16,531 nt of DNA from contig NW_021825147.1 of NCBI RefSeq assembly GCF_006345805.1, positions 1 to 16,531 on the forward strand, read 5' to 3'. The notes beneath the pieces were generated by a model. It was not told the origin of the DNA, did not search any database, and saw only the letters and a list, made by a program, of their open reading frames with translations. Position 1 is the stretch's first letter; the number at the start of each line of letters is the position of its first letter. The DNA comes from Octopus sinensis (taxonomy: Eukaryota). This document shows positions 1 to 8,282 of this stretch, piece after piece. A program made the translations under genes and the position numbers.

Positions 1-488
1 GAAGTCCCGGGGGACCCGAGGAGCAGGACTCTTACCTGCCTTACCTTTCGTTCAATCCTGACAAGCCGATGCATGCCAGGACGAACGGGCTGGACTTCTC
101 CAGCTCTCCTTTAAAGCTGAAGAAGTCCTCCTCCTTCTCCCACCAAGCAGGAATTGGGTGGGCTCCCCTTCAGGACTCTATACCGCCTAGATGGCTGTAT
201 AGAGTCAAGCGTCCCCAGGATCTTTATGACCGAGGCCTTTCCACTGGTGGGAAAGACCTCTAGTCTAGCCACCACGCCGAAGGTAATTCTACCCCCGGCG
301 CGAGCAGTCTTCTTTGGGTGTGCATCTACCTGCGCAGACACACACCCAGTACCTAAACTATTAAAAGGACGGCTGGCAACACGTTTGGGTTTCCCCACGG
401 TATGCCAACCGTCCGCATCAGGAACCTTTTCGTTGGGAAGAGGTCCTCCTCGAGACAGTCTTGTAATTGCTGGCTTATTGATTGCTTG
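1..488 (-). mobile_element. Possible non-LTR retrotransposon ORF1 (gag-like) fragment
   Basis: GC-richer island that ends abruptly at about 489. The minus-strand frame reads ...DGWHTVGKPKR... and, past one stop, ...VRQVRVLLLGSP. The 'GW.TV..K' style is typical of non-LTR ORF1 N-termini. No zinc knuckle is visible and the window cuts the piece. Confidence 0.3.
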
Positions 489-515
489 TCTAAAATACAC
501 AACTATAGTATCCTC
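489..515 (+). repeat. Direct repeat A, copy 1 (TCTAAAATACACAACTATAGTATCCTC)
   Basis: Identical to 5633..5657 except for a 2-bp TA indel. It sits exactly at a GC-to-AT composition switch. Confidence 0.85.
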
Positions 516-626
516 TTTTTATCTAAACGAGGTGCAGCATTACATTTTCTACAAACTTCAATAAAAAATTTAAAAATTGTCTCAGAATTATCCAAACAAT
601 AAATCATTTTTTATTTAAAATACAAA

Positions 627-897
627 TTATGTTTTTTTACCTCGAATTCTTCTCGATAAATGCATATCGTTTGCATTATAGTACTCTTTTTTTGTGAATT
701 GCGCACAAATTACTATCTTCAAAAATTCCAACTAGGTAACTATCTGCCGCTTCTTGGAGAGCGACAATCGCTGACGATTGAAAACGCAAATCAGTTTTGA
801 TAAACTGAGCGGTTTCTCTCACGAGTCTCTGGAATGGAAGTTTTCGTAGTAACAAATCAGTGCTCTTTTGATATCGTCTAATTTCTCGCATTGCAAT
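627..897 (-). pseudogene. H3: Histone H3 fragment A (5'-truncated, C-terminal two-thirds)
   Basis: Reads [30 protein letters not shown]...[30 protein letters not shown]. After two single-base deletions it continues RVTIMQ.DMHLSRRIRGKKT*, stop at 627-629. AATAAA follows about 10 nt after the stop. Confidence 0.93.
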
Positions 898-2076
898 GTG
901 TGTCTGAGAAAAGCTGAATTCTGCGTGCTGTCAATTCAAAGAAAACACATATGGCCACGATCGCGGGATTCCTAACTCAGAAGTATAACTTGGATGATAA
1001 TTCCTCTGACATGGATGTTCGCAAACTTAAAAATGTTCAAACTGAATGGTTATTGACGAAAATAACAGTAAATCTCCAGTCTATGTTATTCAAATGTTTA
1101 AAAGATTTGAATGTTGATATTGCATCATCGTCGGGCTGGCTTGACAAAAAGAATAATAGTCAAAGACCCGAAGCATTGTATTGCCTTTTACAGGACCGAA
1201 ATTTGTTCTTTGAGGAAAAAGGATCAAATTGCAGACATTGTAAATCTGCCAAAAAAACAGTCGATCATTTGGCAACGAGATGCAATAGAATGTTAAATAG
1301 TGATTATATACGCCGTCACAATGAGGTGGTTAGATGTCTTCATTTAAACCTGTATCGTAAATATGGAATCACATATTCAAAGAAACTGAAGACTCACTCA
1401 GTCCAATCAATAGTAACAACTGAGAATGTTGAGATTAGAGTCGATACGACGCTGATGACAGACATCAAAGTACAACATAACAAGCCGGACATATTTGTTT
1501 TCGATAAAAAACAAGGGAGATTACTTTAGTAGAGGTCGGAATCACTTCTCAGGAGATGCTTAAGGTGGTTTGGACATATTTGTTTTCGATAAAAAACAAG
1601 GGAGATTACTTTAGTATAGGTCGGAATCACTTCTCAGGAGATGCTTAAGGTGGTTGAGATTGAAAAACTTCATAAATACGACCTCCCCGCTGGAGAGTTG
1701 TCCCAAATATACAAAGCGAAAGTTAAAATTGTCCCTATTGTTATGACTTGGGAGGGAATTGTGAGTAAATTCTACAAATCATGTATGGATTTTTTGGGTG
1801 TGGATATTATTCCGAGGGCATATATTCAATCTATCGTACTAAAGAAAACTCTTGAAAGCATGTTAGTGGAGCACCGACATGGGATGAACTTTCAAGAGAG
1901 TGATGTTAGTGAAGTCATTCATCTTCTACAACGAAAATCTCTACGACAATTTTAGGACGACGGAATCGTCCCCATGGAAAAACAACCCTGGAGTGAGGAT
2001 CAGATTAGTGATGGTCGACAAGAGATTGCAGTTAGAGAGCTAAGGAATGGCTCACAAAGAAAAAGAATGAATTAAT
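898..2076 (+). mobile_element. 5'-truncated RLE-type non-LTR retrotransposon C-terminus (R4/Dong-like, tentative), decayed
   Basis: C-x2-C-x8-H-x4-C knuckle (CRHCKSAKKTVDHLATRC), then RHNEV, KPDIFV, LVEVG, EKLHKYD, which is the PD-(D/E)xK restriction-like endonuclease. It carries a frameshift, an 85-bp tandem duplication and a stop at 1953-1955. Confidence 0.88.
1487..1655 (+). repeat. 85-bp-period tandem duplication across the endonuclease PD..E motif
   Basis: 1487..1570 and 1572..1655 differ at one base (GAG versus TAG) and are separated by one T. Confidence 0.95.
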
Positions 2077-2169
2077 ACGTCAAATCAATTTTAAATAAAT
2101 CCAAATTAATATCAATTTTGATGTTTTTAGTTATTATAACACATTCCGTAGGAACAAAAAACAAAGTTA

Positions 2170-2412
2170 TAATCCCACACGTGTCACAGCGAAAAACATC
2201 TTCTGGACCACCCTGTCCATGCCCTTCTGTTGCGGGCGAGATCCCGTAAGATTCTAGGTCGTCCCAGTTTTTGAAACTTTTCCATGAAGTTTGAGATCCC
2301 TTTCAAGAACTGTCGGAAGAGTGGATCTAGGTCTTCCACGATATTTGTCTCCATGTTCGGAGAAATAATCGTCCATTGCCCGATTGGCCGGAGCTCTGGG
2401 GTCCATTCGCAA
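2170..2412 (-). mobile_element. RTE-like non-LTR retrotransposon 3' fragment
   Basis: Minus strand reads LRMDPRAPANRAMDDYFSEHGDKYRGRPRSTLPTVLERDLKLHGKSFKNWDDLE, then with a frameshift LRDLARNRRAW. This matches the RGRP...DL...A.DR..W C-terminal signature of RTE-clade ORF2. Confidence 0.72.
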
Positions 2413-2677
2413 ATAATTCTCTAAATAAACATAATTATAAACAGATGCAAAAAAATAAACTATTAGAAAAAAATAAATTTTTCAAACGATATAACTCTAA
2501 TTTACTGTATAAATATACTTTTTGTTATTTCAACAAGATTTCTTACCAATTAAAAAAGCAATCGTAGTATTTCACCGTCGTTTGGTAGCTAGTTAGTATA
2601 TTTATGAAATTGCTAATTTTTATCTGGTTAATTTGTAAGGAATATCAATGTACTTTTATTAAAAAATTATGTATAAT

Positions 2678-2864
2678 TTATCCACCAATCCGTAAATTGT
2701 CCTACCTTGACGTTTCAAGGCATTAACAACGTCCATTGCGATAACAGTTTTTCTTTTGGCATTTCAGTATAGGAAATACAATCACGAACAGTTTTGCTCA
2801 ATAAAAATCTTAAGGACAGAACGTGTCTCCTCGTAAATTTTTCCAGAAATTCTTCGAACACCCC
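2678..2864 (-). pseudogene. H4: Histone H4 fragment (5'-truncated, frameshifted)
   Basis: With single-base indels corrected it reads [59 protein letters not shown], stop at 2678-2680. It is not in the supplied ORF track. Confidence 0.92.
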
Positions 2865-2867
2865 AGT

Positions 2868-3018
2868 AAAATGTGGAAAAAGAAGAATTAAACCACGTCA
2901 CATTGTCGTTGCAATTGGAAATGACGACGAATTAAAAGAATTAACTCAGAAAGCTATTATTTCATCTGGTGGATTTATGATTCGCAAAACTGCAGAAACT
3001 CCTAAAACAACTTCCTAA
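2868..3018 (+). pseudogene. H2A: Histone H2A C-terminal fragment (divergent)
   Basis: KRRIKPRHIVVAIGNDDELKELTQKAIISSGG aligns to canonical [32 protein letters not shown]. It begins at the H4 breakpoint. Confidence 0.85.
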
Positions 3019-3267
3019 CTTAAATTAATTATTTGAATAATGCACTGTTTTTTGTAATATTGTTTTCGAAATACAATAGATCAACCAGTTAAGTTTTTTT
3101 AACGAATTCAAAAAAATTTCAAACACAATCACGAATAAACATTTAGAAGTAATTATAGATAAAATAATCGCAATACTGTGTTATTTTATCATTGGCGAAA
3201 TATTTTTTTAGTCCATTAATTTGTTTTATTTAGGGCTAAATTATCCAAAAAATACAGTACCGCTCAA

Positions 3268-3478
3268 ATGTTTCGGACCACCCTATTTTTCTCAATTTCC
3301 AAGTCAATCCTAAATTATTTTTATACGGTTCTTTAGAGAAACTTATTAGATAAGCTTAAATACATTTATTCTATTCTAAAATTTTCTTTAAATATTTTTG
3401 TTTGGCGCCAATTGAATATAATTGATTTTTGACTCGATCATATGTTCCGGACCAGTTGCAATCATATGTTTCGAACCA
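3268..3478 (+). repeat. Internal DR motifs of the Tc1 TIRs (probable transposase binding sites)
   Basis: ATGTTYCGRACCA at 3268-3280, 3442-3454 and 3466-3478, with inverted copies at 4573-4585 and 4746-4758. Confidence 0.8.
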
Positions 3479-3543
3479 GTTAAATCTCTTTAAATTTAAA
3501 TAATTTTTGATTCAATTAAAAACAAAAGACTAATAAATAACAA

Positions 3544-4533
3544 ATGCCGCGTGTTTCACTGGTTGATCGGGTCGCTATCATCACTTTTTTTAAAGATGGA
3601 GCTTCACAAAGAGAAATTGCCGAAAAATTAAAAATCCAAAACTGCTGTTCAAAGAACAATTTCCAGATATTCATCCGTTGGACTATATTCCGACAGACCC
3701 AAATCTGGTCGACCGAGATTGTTATCCCCAAGATCTGAACGCAAATTAGTGAGAATTTCGAAAGCAGACCCCACAAAAACGGCAAATCAAATTAAATTTG
3801 ATATGAAATTAAATTCTATTGTAAGCACAAATACAATTAAAAGATGCCTACAAAGAAATAATTTGAATGGGCGAAAGCAATGCCCAAAACCAAGTCTTTC
3901 CATATGCCATAAAAAGGCTAGAAAAAATTGGTGCATTGAGAAATTAACTTGGAGCCAAAATGATTGGGGTAAAATTATTTTTAGTGATGAATGCAAAATA
4001 ATTTGCATTCAAACACAAAAAATTATGTTAGAAGGCCACCAAACTCTAGATTTGACTCAAAATATTGTTTAAAAACACGAAAATTTTCTCCTAGCATTAT
4101 GGTCTGGGGAGCTATTGCTGCAAATGGATGGAGAAACATTGTCTTATGCATTAAAAATGTTGATTCCGCAGAGTATCAGAGAATTATAAATGTTGGACTC
4201 GAAAATTTTTATGATGAGACCATGTATCTCCAGCAAGACGGCGCTCCTTCCCATCGGTCCATGTCGACAATGAATTTTTTTCAAAGGAAACAAATAAAAA
4301 TCTTAGAAACTTGGCCGAGCCAGTCACCCGAACTGAATATTATTGAAAATATGTGGTCGGTACTAAAACAAAAACTTTATGATCTGGAACCAAAAGATCT
4401 TCCAGAGCTCTGGAATTTGACCAAAAAAATTTGGTACGAGATTGATAATTCGTACATTGAAAAATTATACAATTCACTTCCAGAGCGAATAAATGCTGTT
4501 ATAACGAACAACGGAGGAAATATTAATTATTAA
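3544..4533 (+). pseudogene. Tc1-like transposase, DD35E, two -1 frameshifts (about 3637 and about 3998)
   Basis: Paired-like HTH (SQREIAEKLKI..KTAVQR), SGRPR AT-hook, IFSDE, IMVWG, QQDGAPSH, WPSQSPELNIIEN. I count 35 residues between D (4237-4239) and E. Confidence 0.93.
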
Positions 4534-4784
4534 CTTTTTATAAGTTTAATAAATTTTCGGTTTTTTTTTAACTGGTCCGGAACATATGATCGAGTATAAA
4601 ATCGATAATTTTAAAATTGCGCCAAACATGAATATCTGTCCAAGTTTTTAAATAGAATAAATGTGTTTAAGCTTATCTAATAAGTTTCTCTAAAGAACCG
4701 TATAAAAATAATTTAGGATTGACTTGGAAATTGAGAAAAATAGGGTGGTCCGAAACATTTGAGCGGTACTGTAGTAAAATATAA

Positions 4785-5540
4785 CAGTGAACAAAAATAA
4801 AAATGAAAAGCATTTTCTCATGATTTACTATGAAACATATTTAAAAAATAACTTCTATTGTTTAAAAAAATTAAATAAAGTTTTGCTTTTTTTGTCTAAA
4901 AAATATTATATTTATACAGTTTTCCATTCATTCATAATTCAGAACCCAAAAATGAACAAATTTATTTAATATCTATTATGTCCTCCATTAGCTCTAATTA
5001 CATCTAGTATTCGGCCTGGCATGCTATTAATAAGACTTTTTGCGTATTCTATTTGAGTTAATCCAACTGGATGATATTTTGCAAATAATGTTCCTTTTTC
5101 AAAAATTCTCTTCCTTTGATTTTTTCTTTAATAAAGGCCCCAACATTCTCTATAGGGTTTAAATCTGGGCTTTGTGTTGGCCATAGTAGTAATTCGATAT
5201 TATTTACTTGAAAAAAGCTCTTTGCTATTGCCGAAGTATGTTTCAGATCATTGTCTTGTGGAAACTAGGATCTTTATGTTCGATTTTGTTCAGAAATGAG
5301 ATGATATTATTCGTTAATATGTTAACATACAAAGCTCCACCAATCTTCTCTTTTATCAAAACCAAATTAATGAATCCAATTGATTATGGCATGATAGTTC
5401 ATGATTTCCTTTACCGATTTTATTGTTTTTGTAAGATTGCTTGTTAAATATTTTTCGAGACATTTGAGACATATTTGCAATATTGTCCAATTGTAAATTT
5501 ATAAGAAAAAGCATGTTCAGTTTTTTATTTTTGTTCACTA
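4785..5540 (-). mobile_element. Second Tc1-family element (DD34E), internally deleted and decayed
   Basis: Minus strand reads DNDLKHTSAIAKSFFQVNNIELLLWPTQSPDLNPIEN (34 residues D to E) ...SMPGRILDVIRANGGHNRY*, stop at 4966-4968. An 18-bp perfect inverted repeat AGTGAACAAAAATAAAAA lies at 4786-4803 and 5522-5539 and extends imperfectly. The DNA-binding half is missing. Confidence 0.8.
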
Positions 5541-5632
5541 TAGCTTGTTCATGGTTATAGGTTTTTGGTTTGTTTTCCTGCTATATATTAATTATCCAAC
5601 AAATCCGTATTAAACTTTTTAATTATATATTT

Positions 5633-5657
5633 TCTAAAATACACAACTAGTATCCTC
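5633..5657 (+). repeat. Direct repeat A, copy 2
   Basis: TCTAAAATACACAACTAGTATCCTC, which sits at the AT-rich to rDNA-ETS transition. Confidence 0.85.
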
Positions 5658-6100
5658 AAGCGGATTTAGGCTTGCATTTGGAAAAATGCTAGCTTATTCT
5701 GTTTGAAATCGAATGAACGTGGGTTCCGCTTGCTGCTTTGAGAATTTAGTCTCTCATGTCTTTTTTTCCACAGCCGACTATGTTACTCTATATGACCTAT
5801 AGTTTATCTGTGGAAAGTTTGAACGTGTGTAAGTTACGGGTAGTTAATAAAATAAGCCTGAACCAGTATACGAGATGGACAGTTGTTTCCTATAGTCAGA
5901 GTTGGCGCTGGTTGTTCTTGTTGTGCCTATTGCAGATGGTTTTTTATTTCGGACCAAGCGGTATTCTGCTTCATGGGTTGTTGGAATGCAACTGTTGGAG
6001 CGAATGGCTATGTTCTGCGTATGGGCTTGAACAGCTAGAGGCTGGTATTTGTTGAATTGCACTTGAACGTCCTTTTTGGCGTTCTAGTCAAAGTAATAGA
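5658..6100 (+). other. rDNA 5' external transcribed spacer (partial)
   Basis: G/T-rich, higher-GC segment immediately upstream of the 18S 5' end. Assigned by position only. Confidence 0.7.
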
Positions 6101-7124
6101 TAGCTGGTTGATCCTGCCAGTAGTCATATGCTTATCTTACAGATTAAGCCATGCAAGTGTAAGTTCATGCTCTCTAATGAGCGAAACCGCGAACGGCTCA
6201 TTAAATCGAACATAACTTACTTGATAATCTCACACGACGGTGGATAACTGTTGTAAATCTAGAGCTAATACATGCGTATAGCTTCTCGAAGCGCAATTAT
6301 TAGAATTAGTTGACTCTGGATAAACTTGCTGATCACAGGCAGTGCCTGCGACGTATCAATTAGATGTCCGCCCCATCAATTTTCGACGGTGAGCTAGTGG
6401 CTTACCGTGGTTACAACGGGTAACGGGGAATCAGGGTTCGATTCCGGAGAGGGAGCATGAGAAATGGCTGCCAGATCTATGGATTGCAGCAGGTGCGTAA
6501 ATTATCCACTTTTGGCATAAAGAGATAGTGATCATAAATAACGGATCCGGGCATTTGCCAGGAGATCGTAATGAAATAACTGTAAAAGCTTTAATGAATG
6601 CAATTGGAGGGCAAGTCTGGTGCCAGCAGCCGCGGCAATTCCAGTTCCAATAGTGTATACTAAAGTTGCTGCAGTTGAAAAGCTCGTAGTTGGATCTCGG
6701 TGTGCTAGTACGTAATCGCGTGCTAGTAGGCCTTTGCTATAGTTAGACTATGGCTTTACCTTGAACAAAATAGAGTGCTTAAAGCAAGCATTCTGCTTGA
6801 ATATCTCAGCATGGAATAATAGAATAAGACTTTTCTATTGGTTACGATAGCAAAAGTAATGATTAACAGAGACAGCCGGGGGCATCCGTATTGCTCCGTT
6901 AGAGGTGAAATTCGTAGATCGGTGCAGGACGTACTACAGCGAAAGCATTTGCCAAGAATGTTTTCATTAATCAAGAACGACAGTTGGAGTATCGAAGTCG
7001 ATTAGATCTCGTCGTAGTTCCAACTATAAACGATGCCAACTAGCACTCCGCTGATAATATTTGGATACATTAGCGGGTGGCTTCCGGGAAACCAAAGTCT
7101 TTGGGCTCCGGGGGGAGTATGGTT

Positions 7125-7176
<52 letters not shown>

Positions 7177-7598
7177 TTGCGGCTCAATTTGACTCAACGC
7201 AGAAAAACTCACCCGGGCCGAACACAGTGAGGATTGACAGACTGATAGCTTTTTCTTGATACTGTGGATAGTGGTGCATGGCCGTTGTTGTTGGTGGAGT
7301 GATTGTCTGGTTTATTCCGATAACGAACGAACTCAACTTACTTACTAGTCGTTCGATTCTAGTTGTTCGACTACTAAGAAGGATCAGTGTGAAAAACTTG
7401 AAAATGAGCAATAACAGGTCTGTGATTGCCCTTAGACGTTCGGGGCCGCACGCGTGCTACAATGAAGAAAGCAGAGGGGGTTTTGCTTGGAAAAGCGAAC
7501 TAAGCCTTAAAATTTCTTCGTGGCAGGAATCGAGGCTTGTAATTATTCCTCGTGCACAAGGAATTCCTAGTAATCGCAGGTCATTAGCCTGCAATGAT

Positions 7599-7642
<44 letters not shown>

Positions 7643-7767
7643 GAATGATTTGGTGAGGTTGTTGGATCGTGTGCTATAGCATGCGAGTAGACACCCGAGC
7701 CTACTCATTTAAAGGAAGTAAAAGTCGTAACAAGGTTTCTGTAGGTGAACCTGCAGAAGGATCACTA
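6101..7767 (+). rRNA. 18S rRNA: 18S (SSU) rRNA, full length and short (1,667 nt), dicyemid-like by recall; possibly a degenerate copy
   Basis: Contains CTGGTTGATCCTGCCAGTAGTCATATGC, GTGCCAGCAGCCGCGG, AAACTTAAAGGAATTGACGG, GTACACACCGCCCGTCGC, AAGTCGTAACAAGG and a GAAGGATCACTA end. Expansion segments are strongly shortened. Confidence 0.97.
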
Positions 7768-7945
7768 CTGAGACGATGTAGTCGTTTAACTGGTTGCTGC
7801 TTGTGTGCAGTTAACTAATTTGTGTCTGGTTTTGCTGAGACGTTCAAGTTAGGCAAAGCCAGGCATAAGCGTGACTACCGTATAGACTCAAACAGGTGGT
7901 AGTCCTTTTGATTTGTGTGTGATTGTGCCTGAAACTGTTCTGTCT
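7768..7945 (+). other. ITS1 (truncated; no 5.8S follows)
   Basis: Follows the 18S end and has hairpin arms (TTAACTG..CAGTTAA; GACTACC..GGTAGTC). No 5.8S motif such as CGATGAAGAAC is present before the H3 ATG. Confidence 0.7.
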
Positions 7946-7959
7946 GAAATAAAAAAAAT

Positions 7960-8282
7960 ATGGCTAGAACTAAACAAACTGCTCGAAAATCTACTGGAGC
8001 AAAAGTTTCAAGGAAACAATTGTCTGCAAAATCTGCTCGCAAGTCTGTTTCACAATTTGGAGGAGTAAAGAAACCTCATCGATTCGACCTGGAGTTGTTG
8101 CAATGCGAGAAATTAGACGATATCAAAAGAGCACTGATTTGTTACTACGAAAACTTCCATTCCAGAGACTCGTGAGAGAAACCGCTCAATTTATCAAAAC
8201 TGATTTGCGTTTTCAATCGTCAGCGATTGTCGCTCTCCAAGAAGCGGCAGAGAGTTACCTAGTTGGAATTTTTGAAGATAGT
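7960..8282 (+). pseudogene. H3: Histone H3 fragment B (N-terminal, 3'-truncated, one -1 frameshift at about 8086)
   Basis: [42 protein letters not shown](R)[12 protein letters not shown]...GIFEDS, then fused to a hAT transposase. Confidence 0.95.

Larger units (their letters stand above)
3255..4771 (+). mobile_element. Full-length Tc1-family DNA transposon (1,517 bp), IR-DR type, TA target duplication
   Basis: TA|CAGTACCG...CGGTACTG|TA. The TIRs match for the outer 121 bp with one mismatch and extend imperfectly to about 200 bp (3255-3457 and about 4568-4771). Confidence 0.97.

Noticed and set aside
69-602. Plus-strand ORFs 69..263, 154..564 and 402..602
   Set aside because: They have no recognisable motifs, two of them cross a composition junction, and they are probably shadows of the minus-strand fragment.
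2205-2214. GGACCACCCT identical to part of the Tc1 TIR (3275-3284)
   Set aside because: It is only 10 bp, lies within the RTE-like tail and has no terminal CAGT or TA, so it is probably chance.
2376-5538. Short AT-rich ORFs (2376..2567, 3516..3785, 3787..4008, 4787..4969, 5208..5447, 5356..5538)
   Set aside because: They are low-complexity, or antisense or off-frame shadows of the Tc1 elements.
5756-7679. ORFs 5756..6055, 5844..6062, 6756..6974, 7002..7187, 7077..7259, 7184..7411 and 7278..7679
   Set aside because: They lie within the ETS or 18S and are the usual spurious rDNA frames.
7768-7959. Possible divergent 5.8S rRNA (GACGATGTAGTCG resembles CGATGAAG)
   Set aside because: It starts a few bases after the 18S end, forms a local hairpin, and the other 5.8S motifs are absent.
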